Shown here in pieces: positions 38,318 to 51,559 of a DNA stretch of 64,000 bases. Where the stretch lies: the NCBI RefSeq assembly GCF_018977255.1, contig NW_024704743.1, positions 9,798,001-9,862,000 of the forward strand, written 5' to 3'. Source of the stretch: Callorhinchus milii. Lineage: Eukaryota. The translations under genes and the position numbers were made by a program. Position 1 is the stretch's first letter. Every line of letters starts with the position of its first letter. The notes beneath the pieces were generated by a model that saw only the letters and a list, made by a program, of their open reading frames with translations, was not told where the DNA came from and did no database searches.

Positions 38318-39008
38318 AATAATACTACTCCAAATAATAATAATGGTGATTATTATTATAGACATCTTTAGCATAAAGGTCCACAAAGAGCAGCTTGATT
38401 GTTATTACTTTGGAAGGGTTTTGGTGCATATAAATCACTGTTGAATTAAAATTAAAATTGTAAAAGTGCTAAGGGAATTAATGTGGGAGGTTGATGAATT
38501 CAGGCCACAGCAATGGATTGCCATTCAGGGAAATAAGGGAATTCAGTACAATAAACCTCAAGTAACACCAGGGATAAAACTAGTCTTTTTGTGTTTTATT
38601 TATAATTGCTCTTGACAGTTCCTTTATTGCACCTCGGAGCTCATTTCCAGAATTGCAGATTGTGTCACTCTGCCCTCTCGCCGTTTCTCCTAACCGCAGT
38701 CCAGTTTTACACCAGGGTTAATGATGCTCGCAAAAAGTGGTTCTATGCTCACAAAACTGAGAAGTGAAAGGATGGATGAGCTTTAGCTTTCAAATAGCTT
38801 CCGGCAAACTGATTGTGCGAGAAGCTAAAACTACCGAGGAATTAATCTTTTGATCCTTAACCTTCTGAAACTTCACTGCTGCAAGGACAGTGGACTATCT
38901 ATCCTTAGACTGAGTCTATTTTATATGTTTTACTTTTTGAATTTGAAATATTAAAATTGCTTTACAAATTCAAGGTTTGAGACCAGTAATCATGTACAAT
39001 CTTACCTT

Positions 39009-39350
39009 ATAATAATCTTGCATTTGATATAGCACCTTATCAAAGTGCTTCACAGGATACAATGTAAAGTAAATTTGCTATATATTTTGTGAGTGAAACA
39101 CGGCAGCCAATTGTGCACAGCTGTATCCCACAAACAGTCTTGGATTGAGTGACCAAATTATTATTATTTATGGAAGAGATTATTATCTTCCGGAAAAGTG
39201 ATCAGCCAATTGATTAACAATCGGGTTCTTACTTCGTAAACAGAGGTGGTGGAGTAAGGAAACTTACTTAACATTTTGCCCTGCCCAGAATTGAACCCAG
39301 GTCCTCTCGCTTGCGAGGCGAGTGCGCTAACCAATATGCTACAGGACTCC
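39009..39350 (-). mobile_element. tRNA-Ala SINE, long subfamily
   Basis: Head GGAGTCCTGTAGC through to the tail on the minus strand. Confidence 0.88.
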
Positions 39351-39364
39351 AATTATAGGTATCT

Positions 39365-39742
39365 GCCGGGCTCTGTTGGCAGCATTCTCACCCCTGGGTT
39401 AAAATGCCCCAGGTTGGGAATTTGAGCTCATAGATGATGCTCCGATACTGTGCTGGGGAGTGCTTCATTGTCTCTTGGATGAGGAATTAAACTGAGATCT
39501 GTTCGAGTGGACATTAAAGTATCCCAAGGACTGTTTAAACAGAGAAGGGAGATTCCCCCCACAACAACAATTTCCCAAATAATAAAATTGGTAATTCACT
39601 TCATGGCTATTTGTGCACACATCGGCTGCCACATTCGCCTACAAATACACAGACACTACACTTTACAGTAAATGCTGTGAAGTATTTTGAGATATCCTCC
39701 TGATGTGAAAGGTATTATGTCAAATGTAAGGATTGTTATTAT
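39365..39742 (+). mobile_element. Old long Deu-type SINE
   Basis: GGCAGCATTCTCACCCCTG head, GGATGAG..TTAAACTGAG body and tail. Confidence 0.75.
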
Positions 39743-39799
39743 AATCTTGGTAATGATGATCGAAGGCCTCCATTGTGATTTAGTGGCACTAAAGTCACC

Positions 39800-41000
39800 C
39801 TGGTACACCAGCCACCTCCACTCTCTTAAGGCATAGGTGCGTGCCGCTGAACAACCTGGATCAAATCCAAATTAATGGTCCATCGGCAGATCTGGCTGGA
39901 CTTTTATCAAATCTTACCGCTCCGCCCTCCTCCGCTAAATTGTCATTCTACACCAAGACAATCTTGTAGGCCAAGGACAACCCCAGGCTCCTCTCCTCCT
40001 CTGGCTCCTCTGCCCACCCTCTCACTCCTCTCCCATCCTCTCCTCCAACGCCAACTGCGAGGCGATGCAGGAATTCCTCGAAATCAACGTCGAGGAGATC
40101 CGCTCAGCTGCCTCTGCCCTTCCATCTACTACCCCTTTCCCATCTCCCCCTCATACCCTGGTCCCTGCGCAACTCTCTCTCCACACTCTTGAACCTGTCT
40201 CCCATTCCTCTCTCACCATCACAATAACCCGCATAAAACTGACCACCTGCTCGCTCGACCCCATCCCTACTCCTCTCCTTACCTCCCAGTTCCACCTCCG
40301 TGCCCTACTCACAGACATCATAAACCTCTCCCTGTCCACTGGCAATGTTCCCACTCCTTTAAAAATGGCCGTCATCATGGCTATCCTTAAAAAATCCTCC
40401 CTGGATCCATCCTTGCTCTCAAATTACCATCTCATCTCCAACCTCCCTTTCCTTTCCAAGGAACTGGAACGAATCATTGCTTCCCAGCTTCGCTCCTTCC
40501 TCTCCTGCCACTCTCTTCACAATCCCCACCAATCGGGTTTCCGTGCTGCCCACAGCACAGAAACAGCTTTTGGTCAAAGTGACAAATGACATTCTGTCCA
40601 TCTACGATCAGGGCTCCCTCTGCCTCCTCATCCTCCTTGATCTCTCTGCTGCCTTCGATACTGTTGACCACTCTATCCTCCTCCACTGCCTCTCCGCTCA
40701 CCTCAACTTTCACGGTTCTGACCTTTCACGTGTTCAGATCGTACCTCTCACACTGTCTCCACTTCATCTCCACAAATGGTTTCATTGTCTTGCTCCACAC
40801 TACCTCTGTGACCTGCTAACCCCCTAACCAACCTGCCCGCTCCCTCCGTTCAGTGGTTCCATCCTGCTTCACGTCCCCCACCTCGCCCGCCCCACTATTG
40901 GCGGGCGAGCCTTCAGCCACTCTGCCCAGCACCTTGGGATGTCTGACCGACATGAAAGGCGCTATACAAATGTAATTTTATTGTTATTGTTGTTATTGTA
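39800..41000 (+). mobile_element. Degraded L2 copy with internal deletion and 3' tail
   Basis: ORFs 40065-40589 ([23 protein letters not shown]) and 40477-40827 ([12 protein letters not shown]); tail GAAAGGCGCTATACAAATGTAA..(TTG). Confidence 0.9.
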
Positions 41001-42575
41001 GTGGGAATGCTTTTTTGAACTGGTCTAACCCAACAAGAAAATAATAGTAATTTATTCACTTTGAAGATGGAATGTGTCATAGAGAGATGGCCTTAATGGG
41101 GGGCGGGGGGGGGGGGGGGGAGAGGGTGGTGTACAAAGTGTGATTTAACTGGTGGGTAAAAATTACGGTGAGTGTTAGGCAATGTCTGCCACTGATGGAA
41201 TTTCCCGTTATAGTTATGACAGTAATGCTCGCTGCAGTTGTCACCCACTGATTATCCTGATACACTACTGATTTGAGACCGTCTGAGAGATTTGCAAAAT
41301 GATAATTGCAAATGTGGAAATATCTCAAGAGCTTCCCTCACATTTGCTGTGAAGTGTAGTGACTGCACTTGAAATACTGTAGTTATTTAGTAGAACAAGT
41401 GCAATATCTGATAACAGAACAAAATTAAAACTAACTAATATTTGTTACTTTGAAATAGAAAGAAGGTACAGCAAACATAAGAAACATAATAATGAATGGG
41501 GACCATTTAGTCCTCTGCTTTACCAAGCATAGTGTTACAGTCATACACTTCACAAAGACTTCTGTAGAAAAAATTGATCAGTTTTGGCTCCAACAATAAC
41601 TTCATCCTGCAATCCATTGGATTATATCCCAAATGAAGTGGAGCGGATTGTTTACAGCTCATAATTTGCAAACAATTGACTCTCAGTCAATGAGGAACAC
41701 AGCTTCCATTTATTTTTCATGCACAATATTTCTGTTCAGCATAAATTATATTAAAAGAATTATAAACTGTGAGCTCAAGCCCTGACATGGGACTTGGGCC
41801 CACAGAACATCTGACCCAGACGTGAGCCAACATTATGATTCATCCAATCAGCTCTTATTATCTTTACCCCAAACTCTAGTTAGTCTAAATGTGTGCATTC
41901 ATCATGCATTTATAAGGGGAGGTAAAAGTTGAAATTTGAAGTGGTGTGCCTTCAAGTCACTGAGGGAACCAAAATAACCTCTTTACTTCCCAGTATTATC
42001 ACAGTATTATTTGCTCACAGTGATGTGTGATCAGTGTTGTGGGGAATTATTATTAAACCACATCAGAGCTGTAAGAGGAGATTGTAGCCATTTGATCACT
42101 TTACCTCCGACATAATACTTCTGTGAATCACTTCAGCACCCAGTTGTTGAGCATGTTTCATGTACTAGTCAAAACTAAGAGCATTGTGACATAGACGTTA
42201 AGAGTGAATTTGTTGTACCTTGTTAAACTGAGTTTAAACTCAGCTCATAGCGACGACCTTCTGATGATGATGAAAGGTGCTATGCATAATAATAATCCTG
42301 AACATAATAATACCATAATTGGCTGCTGCTTTTTGCCCACAAAATATATAGTTAATTCACTTTACAGTATATTTTGTGAAGCGCTTTGAGACGTCTCAAA
42401 GACGTGATAAGGCGCTACATCAAATACAAGGGTTATTATTGGAAATTTGTATTGTATTGGATAAAAGTGACCGAAGAATATTTGGAAGAGCAGTTTGAAA
42501 AGATCAGCAAAGTAATAATGATAGTAGAAGTTCTACTTGCATTTAGCAGAGCGCCTTATCGCATAATGGAAATCT

Positions 42576-43050
42576 CTGTGAAGTGTAGTGACTGCATTTG
42601 AAATACTGTAGTTATTTAGTAGAACAAGTGCAATATCTGATAACAGAACAAAATTAAAACTAACTCTAGTATTTGTTACTTTGAAATAGAAAGAAGGTAC
42701 AGCAAACATAAGAAACATAATAATGAATGGGGACCATTTAGTCCTCTGCTTTACCAAGCATATTGTTAGAGTCATACACTTCACAAAGACTTCTGTAACT
42801 TCAGCCCTGCAATCCTTTGGATTATATCCCAAATGAAGCGGAGAGGATTGTATGATATTGTCTCACCTCTGGGTCAGATGTGTTGTGGGCCCAAGTCCCA
42901 TGTCAGGACTTGAACTCACAGTTTATAATTTATTTAATATAAGTTATGCTGAACTGAAATATTGTGCATGAAAAATAAATGGAAGTTGTGTTCTCCATTG
43001 ACTGAGAGTCTATTGTTTGCAAAATATCACAGTATTATTTAGCTCACAGT
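42576..43050. repeat. Rearranged local duplicate of 41347-42021
   Basis: Direct, inverted and direct segments read by eye (see findings). Confidence 0.92.
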
Positions 43051-43554
43051 AGCAGTAGTCCTGAACTAAAAACAAAAGTTCCCAAATATTGTCGAAAAAG
43101 ACCTCATACCAGTATATAATAATAATAATCCTTGCATTTTAGTGTTTTATTATATCGTTGAGATGTCTCAAAGCACTTCACAGAATATATTGTAAAGTGG
43201 ATAGACTGTGTATTTTGTGGGCGAAATGCATATTGGTTTAGCTTTGAGGGAGGGAAGGCGGTGGGGGAGGAGAGAAATAATCAGAGGTATCCACAACTAG
43301 TTAAGATAGTGTTAATCAAATGTTAGGTCATTCTTTAATCCATTTTTAACAATCAGTTAAATCCTTAGAAATGTTTCTGTTTCAACGTATTTGGAGTGCA
43401 TTGTAATCTGTGGTTTATCCATGACTGCATAAATCTTGATTTCAACCTGTCCAGTGTCCTGCATCTGTGATATACAAACATTGGTACTTTTTTATAACTA
43501 ATCTCAATAGATTAAGATCATTTACATCGTGGATGCTTCTAGACCCCCACCCCA

Positions 43555-43950
43555 AGAACAAACTTGCATTTTTATAGGACTATAATAGATCAAAATGTCT
43601 CAATGCACTTCACAGCTAATTACCGTTAGATACAGGGACTGTTTTTTTTTGTTGCAGACAGAGAGAGCAGCTATTTATGCCTGTAAATTCCCACAAAGAG
43701 ACAAGATTTAGCCTTTTGGAAGATTGTTGGCCAAGACACTTGGAGAAACTCCCCAGTCTTTTTTCAGACAGCGTCATGGCATCTTTAACATTCACCTGGA
43801 AAACAGAAAGGCATCCCTGACAATGCTTTGCTCATCCAGCAGTGCAAGGGAATATCATTTTAGAACTTAAGATCAAATCCCAATGTGAAGCTTAAGCCCA
43901 CAATTTCTTACCCAGAGGCGAGAGTGCTGCCATCTGAGCCAGGATGACAC
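43555..43950 (-). mobile_element. Old long Deu-type SINE
   Basis: Tail CTTGCATTT, body ATCTTTAACATTCACCTG, head AGAGGCGAGAGTGCTGCC. Confidence 0.75.
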
Positions 43951-46589
43951 AAGTTTCATGTAAAATGTCCAATTTGTAGCGATCTGGTATTTAAAGTCCC
44001 AAACAGATGCTAATATGAAATTTGACATGAAATTTTATATGACTTCCTCTTATAGTAACCACTAAAAGTTTCCTTGCAATTGGAGAAAAGGATCTATCCC
44101 TGGAAAACTGAGTAAATCCATGGTTCTGATTCCACCTTCCTTCTGCTATAGGGGGAAGCAGGGAGAGGGATTACAATGAGTTCATGTAGCATATGGGACG
44201 CCTGCACAGAATAGTTGAGCCAAATGACCTGTTTTGGTGCTCTAGATTCAATGCAATTCCTGGCTAACAAGCCCCCAGATAAAATTCACTTCCATTAAAT
44301 CAGATGGAGGAATTGCGAGTGGCATTATGGAGTGGCAGACGTTCAGAAAGGCAGGTCACTGATGTGACTGAACCTTACTGCATAGGTGTGGAGGAAGCAC
44401 TCTCTTAAGTGTTTCCAGCAGTTGCTAGGATGCTATCTATGCACTATTCACCAGTGAATCTGCCAGTGAATTCAGCCAAGAACGACTGGGGTTGATTCTG
44501 AGATCTTGGGCTCTAAATTAGGAGCATGAATTTGCGGAGTTCAACGTTCGTTCATCAGAAAAAAGCTTTAAAAGGGGATGTGATCCAGGCCTTTAAGAAA
44601 CACAAATTCAAATGGTTATTTAACTTGAATTGTGAGAGTAAATCTACAGGTCAACAAAAGGGGATTGGTGGAGAAGATAGAGAGACCCTTGAAAAGGGGA
44701 GTCAGTGTAATAACTGGACAGTAGGAAAGGCAATCATGGAATAAATAGGGAGAGGACTTGAAAAGTGAGCATATGATGTGAAGGTCATTAACTATGATCG
44801 CATGTACACTTTCCTTTCTTACAAGCATTTTTATGTTGTGTCCATGCCACTAGAATGGAATGCAGCTGAGAGTCTACTAACCTTATCACAATGTCAGTGT
44901 TGCCAGGTCATAGAAGTGAAAGCAGTGTTTTGTGAGGGCATGTGCTTTCTTTTGCAGTGACCCTATATTACAAACTTGTTGAATTGAGTGGTGCTGTTTC
45001 ATTTTTACAGTGTCACACCTGAAATGCCAATGATTTAAAGGATTTGAATCTATTCAGAAGTTGGTCTCTGAAAAGTAAATGCCACCGTCCATATATCATT
45101 TATATTGTGCTTTTCATGTCATGTCAAAGCTCTTAACAGCCAACCTGGGGGTGGGAGCCGAGGGGGTGGGGTGGGAAGGGGAAAGATGACCCAAAAACCA
45201 GTCAAAGGTCTTGAGATGTGGTCTTGAAATTATAATGATAATAATCCTTACATTTGATATAGTGCTTTTTATCAGTTGTTGAAAGAGGTGAGTGAGGGAG
45301 TGAATCAGAGGGATTCCGGGATGTAATCCAGAGAGTGAGACAGATAGGCTGAAAGCCTGACTGCCAATGGTGGGATGTGTGGGTACTGTGTGCAATATAC
45401 TGAGCCACACACCAAGGTATATGGACATTACTCTTTTCATCAACCACAGTAGCTCAGTTTTATGTTACATCAGAATCATGGCATCTCACAACAATCAGCA
45501 AACCACCCCACCTCCCCCCATACTGTGTTGGAGTATCAGATTAATCTATAAATTTAAGTTTTCCCACAGTGTTCAAACCCACAATCTTCAGACCCAAAGC
45601 CTCCCCACACCCAACTTAGGTGCCCAACCAGCACTGTGAGCGCCCTTTGGGATATCCTCCCAACATGAAATATGAATTACATGAAATTAGAAATAAATTG
45701 TACAGTACAGTATCAATATAAATAATAATCCTTGCTTTGATATAGTGCTTTTTAAGTCTTCTAGACATCTCAAAGCGCTTCACAGAATATACTGTAAAGT
45801 AAATTGACCGTCAGAAATCTATTCTGAACTTTACTGGGTAATGTTGATCATTCTTTCTGGCAACACTTCCTGCTTCGTCAACAGGATCTATTGCACCTTT
45901 CTAAGAGGTGACAATCATCATAAGTACTGCTGTGCGCAATTGGCTGCTGTGTTTTGCCAATAAAATATACAGTATATTCTATGAAGCGCTTTGAGATGTC
46001 CCAATGATGTGATAAGATGTGATATCAAATGCAAGGATTATTATTATTGTTATAAATACAAAAATATCTCTTGTAAATCTAAACCACATTTATCCTCTCT
46101 TGTTAAACTGAAGACTTATTTGACGATAAAGATCCTATTTTTTTTGGGGGGGGTCAACCAAAACATTTGGAAACCCATCACTGTGCTTAAGAATGACCAA
46201 ACAAGACATATGGATCAGGTAGGTGGGCTCAGAAACTGAACTCCTTGCAGCCAGCTCAGCTCCAATGAGACCCAAAAGGATAGTCATGAGTTGATCACTA
46301 TTAAAAATGAGTAGGAAGTTGCTTTACAGGGTTCTGACTAATAATCCTGCAGATAAATTGGTTAATCATCTCATGGCTGTTTGGGAGACCTTGCTACCAC
46401 AAATAGCTCCTGTGCTTGCCATCAAAAAGATTCACTACACTTGAGAGTAATTTCTTGTGAAGTACTTTGCGAGGTTTGAAAAAAATAAGGAACTATAGCA
46501 GTGTCAAATTCTTTGTTTCCAATATTGCTTCGGTGGTTAACTGATCAATTTGAGATTTTATCATTTTACAGTGCAAGTGGTTCAATGTA

Positions 46590-48705
46590 ACATAGGAACA
46601 TAGGAATTAGGAGCAGGAGTAGGCCATTCAGCCCCTTGAGCCAGCCTCACCATTCATTAAGATCATGGCTGATCTTCTAACCTAACTCCATCTGCCCGCC
46701 TTATCCCTATATCCCTTAATCCTTTAGAAATCAATCAATCTCATTTTTGAATTTGTTCAAGGATTGAGCATCTACGGCCTTCTGGGGTAGAGAATTCCAT
46801 AAATTCACTACCCTATGAGTGAAGAAGTGTTTCCTCAACTCTGTTCGAAAAGGCTGACCCTTAATCTTGAGACTGTGACCCCTAGTTATAGATTCTCCTA
46901 CCAGGGGAAAGAGTCTTACACTGTCTACTCTGTCAAGCCCCATAAGAATCTTATATGTTTCGATAAGATCACCCTTAATTCTTCTATATTCTAGAGAATA
47001 TAAGCCTAGTTTACTCAACCTGTCCTCGTAGGTCAACCTGCTCATCCCAGGAACTAACCTAGTGAATCTACTCTGCACCCCCTCTAAGGCGAGTATGTCC
47101 TTTCTTAAATAAGGAGACCAAAACTGCACACAATATTCTAGGTGTAGTCTCACCAAGGCCCTATGCAGTTGCAGCAAGACTTCCCTATTCTTGTATTCTA
47201 ACCCTTTTTCAATAAACGCCAACATGCCATTAGCCTTCCTAGTTGCTTGCTTCACCTGCATGCTAACTTTTTGTGACTGGTGTACAAGGACACCCAAATC
47301 CCTCTGAACACCGACACTATCTAGTCTCTCCCCTTCTAGAAAATAATCTGCTTTTCTGTTTTTACTAACTAGGTGAATAACTTCACACTTCCCCACATTA
47401 TATTCCATCTGCCACATTCTTGCCCACTCCCCTAGCCTATCTATATCCCTTTGCAATCTTTTTGTGTCATCCTCAGAGCTTACTCTCCCATTTAACTTAG
47501 TATCATCTGCGAATTTAGATATTTTAAGTTCTATGTCCTCGTCTAGATCATTGATATAAATTGTAAATAGTTGAGGCCCAAGCACTGATCCTTGTGGCAC
47601 TCCACTAGTCACATCTTGCCAATCTGAGAAGGACCCGTTTATCCCTACTCTCTGTTTTCTTCCCGTTAGCCACTCTTTGATCCATGCTAATATACTGCCT
47701 TTAATTCCATGGGCCCTAATCTTGTGTAGCAGCCTTTTATGTGGCACCTTGTCGAATGCCTTCTGAAAATCTAAATACACTACATCTATTGGTTCCCCCC
47801 TATCTAACCTGCTAATTACATCCTCAAAGAACTCTAAAAGATTTGTTAAGCATAACTTCCCTTTTGTAGATCCATGTTGCCTCTGCCTATTCATGTTATG
47901 GTCTTCTAAGTACCCCCACTATGATGTCCCTAATTAAGGATTCTAGAATTTTTCCTACCGCCGATGTCAGACTGGCTGGTCTATAGTTCCCTATCTTCTC
48001 TCTCCCACCCTTCTTAAATAGTGGTGTTATGTTTGCGATCTTCCAATCAATGGAAACCTCTCCAGAATCTAGAGAATTTTGGAAGATCAAAAACAAGGCA
48101 TCCACTATCTCAGCAGCCACCTCTTTTAAAACCCTAGGATGCAGACCATCAGGTCCAGGGAATTTGTCATTTTTCAATCCCAACAGTTTCCCTAGTACTT
48201 CTTTACTGATGTTTATTTCCCTGAGTTGCTCAGTACCATTAGCTTCTTGGTTCCCCTCTATTTTTGGTAAATTTTCAGTGTCTTCTAACATGAAGACAGA
48301 AGCAAAGTATATGTTTAATGACTCTGCATATCTTTATCCCCCATTACAATTCCTCCTATCTCTGCCTGTGATGGACCCACATTCACTTTTGATAGTCTCT
48401 TCCTCTTTATGTATTTGTAAAACCTCTTGCAGTCTGTCTTTATGTTCCTAGCTAATTTGCCCTCATAATCTGTTTTCTCCCTCCTAATCAGTTTCTTGGT
48501 CTTTCTTTGTTGGTCTCTGAAGCCCTCCCAATTCTCGGGTCTACTGCTTTTTTTGGCAGTATTATAGGTCTCTTTTAATTTTATACTTTCCCTAACTGCT
48601 CCAGTGGTTGAACCACTTTTCCTGTGGTATCTTTATTCCTCAAGGGAATATGTGATCGCTGGGAATTATGTACTATATCTTTAAAGGTTTGCCATTGCCA
48701 TTTCA
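46590..48705 (-). mobile_element. 5'-truncated CR1 LINE
   Basis: ORFs 47896-48291 (PGPDGLHPRVLKE, NYRP) and 46731-47894 ([42 protein letters not shown]). CR1-type 3' UTR GGGCTGAATGGCCTACTCCTGCTCC with an 8-nt repeat tail at 46591. Confidence 0.95.
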
Positions 48706-49282
48706 CAGAAAATTAGTAAAACAGTGATATCGAGACCAGGAAGAATTTTGGGTGGGGGGTGGGGGGTATCAAATGCACGAGGCTTTATTAAACTGCAAAG
48801 GTCAACAAGATAAATGGAGATCAAATTCAAGAGCAGCTGAAGGAACAGAAAGCGTGGACGATCACAGTGGCTACAGTGTGGGAGGATACAACAAACCAGT
48901 TTATTTTGAAGAGAACTTGTTGAAACAAAGCATGAGTCTCCTGTCTTTCGCAACTGGGAGTTGACGCGGTATAAAAGCAGACATTACTTTGTTTTTTTTT
49001 AAAAAATGACGAGTTGGTGGTATATTTGTCCCCTTTACCTTCAGGTGAAGGTACTTTTTACATACAAAGAATAAACTCAGAAGGAAATGACCCATCCACA
49101 AACCACTTTGCTTTGTTACCTCTCTCCCTGCCTTCAGAAACCTGCTGAATGTACATGTCTTCAATCTTTTGTCAACATCTTTAAATTGATGTTTGGCGTC
49201 CACCCCAGTTATTGTAACGTGCTTTGATAAATCATTGTATGTTCCTGCTATGTAAATGCAAGTTATTGTATTTGAAAGATGC

Positions 49283-49697
49283 CAGCCGGGCTCAGTTGGT
49301 AGCACTCTTGCCTCTGAGTCAGAGGGCTCTATACAAGTTCCAAGTTCTAATGTGAACTCGCATAGTCTGTCTTCAGTGCAGTGCTGTGGGTGAATTGTTG
49401 GAGGTACGCTCCTTCAGATGAGATGTTAAACCTGTCTTCCTGTTCAGGTGGAAAGATGAAGACGTTAACGTTTCCAGGGGAGCTTTGTGAAAAGAGAAGG
49501 GAGTTTCTCTCCATTTCCTAGACAACAATCCCTCAGATAAAATTGGGTATTCACTTCATGGCTGTTTGTGGCACAAATTAGATAAAGCTTTTGCCTGCAA
49601 AATACACAGTCACTACACTTTATAGTAAATCCAGTGAAGAGCTTTGAGACTTCCTCCGATGTGAAAGGCGATATATCAAGTGCAAGGATTATTATTA
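49283..49697 (+). mobile_element. Old long Deu-type SINE
   Basis: GGCTCAGTTGGTAGCACTCTTGCCTCTGAGTCAG head, GATGAGATGTTAAAC body and tail. Confidence 0.8.
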
Positions 49698-51255
49698 TGA
49701 ATTAGGAATTGCATTGGGAATGTTTCTTAATCAGTTTAGAGAATTATCTGCTTTAGCGTGCAGTTTCTAATTGAACAATTGGACTCTCAAACCTCTGGAT
49801 CTCCATGAGCTGGATTTGTGCTGAATATTTGTCTTGACAGCAATGCTGTTAAACCGTTACCTTCCAGAGCTGCTGTGCCGTCCTGCAGTAGGAAGATGGA
49901 GCAAAAGCAAACTATTTGATCTTGTGCAATTTATAAATAACTACGAGTGCTTTACACTGGTTGACAGTCTCTCGAAGGTTTGGATAATAATGATAATAAT
50001 CCTTACATTCAGTATAGCATCTTTCATGTCTGGATGACATCCCAAAGCACTTTACAGGATATACCGAGAAAGTGCAATGATTACGTGTTTTCTCAAATGA
50101 TGAGAAATGATAACCTAAGCTAATACTCAACAGATTTGAAAAGAGGCATTTCAAAGGCAATTAATATGTTGGCTTGACAGTTTCCGATTTTAATTGGTAA
50201 AAATCGGTAATTGTTGGGCATTCCAATTTAATATTAATAATAATAATCCTTGCATTTCATATAGTGCCTTATCACGTCATTGAGACGTCTCAAAGCGCTT
50301 CACAAGATATATTGTGTAGTGTAGTGACTGTATTTTCTGGGTGAAATGTGGCAGACAATTGCTCACAGCAATTTAATAATTAAAACATTATTAATTTAAT
50401 AATTTTTTTAAAAAACATTTATTTTTATCGTTTTAAGCTGAAATAGCCGACTTCTGGGTAGTTATGGGCACAAAGGACATAACTTCCATTACTCCTGACA
50501 TTGGCGGGAATAATGAACACAAAGGTTTTTCCATCATCCTGTGTTGTGTGTGTCCCGACAATGTGATCAGGGTTCAGCTAAAGGGAAAGGAAGAAAGTAG
50601 CTGGTAAGAAAGTAATGCTAACACTTGTGGTGTATTTGAAAGAGAGAATTTTTATAGTGCTTTATCACGTCAAATCAAGTAATTACCATCAAGTGTAGTG
50701 ACTGTAAACAAACGTGGCAGCTCTTTGCTCCAAAGGTCCTACAAATGGTCATGATGTGAGTGACCAATTTATTTGAAGGTTTGTTGGCCAGGAAGAAGCA
50801 CTCTCCTCTTTCAGTTAGTTTCATGGTAACTTTAATGTTTGCCTCAAAACAGGCATTAATGTTACCATGAAACTAATTGAAAGAGAAGACTTTGATTTAA
50901 TGTCTCATCTGAAAAATGGCACTTCCTACAGTGCAGCACTCGCTGTTGCTGCACTGGGAGTGCAGTGTGACCCTGGTTAAGAGTTCATGGGCCTTGAATG
51001 CAAAATCTCTGACTCAGAGGAGAGAGTGCGAACTGAACCAAACAGACACTCTAGTGAGAGATGTTAATGTTTTTGCCCTGCCTGTATGAGATACGCACAT
51101 GCACTGACACTGATTTTCATGAAAACATCATCAGTTGGCACCTCATATTCTTATTTTGCTCAGACATGCACACACACAGTAAAGAACCTTTGAGATTCAG
51201 ATCAATATTTTCATACGATTGTGCTTTCATGTATTGCAAATGAGGGCCTCTTGGT

Positions 51256-51553
51256 GGAGTCCTATAGCGTGGTGGTTAGAGCACTTGCCTTGCAAATGAG
51301 AGGACCCGGGTTCGATTCCCGGGTAAGGCAAAAACCTCAGGCAATTTTCCTTACTCCACCTGCCTCTGTTTACCTAGCAGTAACTAGGAATCCGGTTATT
51401 AGTTGATTGGCAAATTGCTTTCTTGGGATAATAATCCCTTCAAAAAATAACAATAATTTGGTCATTCAGTCCACGACTGTTTGTGGGACACGGCTGTGTG
51501 TAACTTACTGCTGCGATTTACCCACAAAATTCACTTTGCAGTATATTTACAGT
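51256..51553 (+). mobile_element. tRNA-Ala SINE, long subfamily, 3' end lost
   Basis: GGAGTCCTATAGCGTGGTGGTTAGAGC..GGTTCGATTCC..; abuts L2 sequence. Confidence 0.87.
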
Positions 51554-51559
51554 ATACAC

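Noticed and set aside
38619..38767. Terminal coding exon (..QFYTRVNDARKKWFYAHKTEK*)
   Set aside because: Acceptor-like sites exist on both strands, the peptide is not recognised and no partner exons were found.
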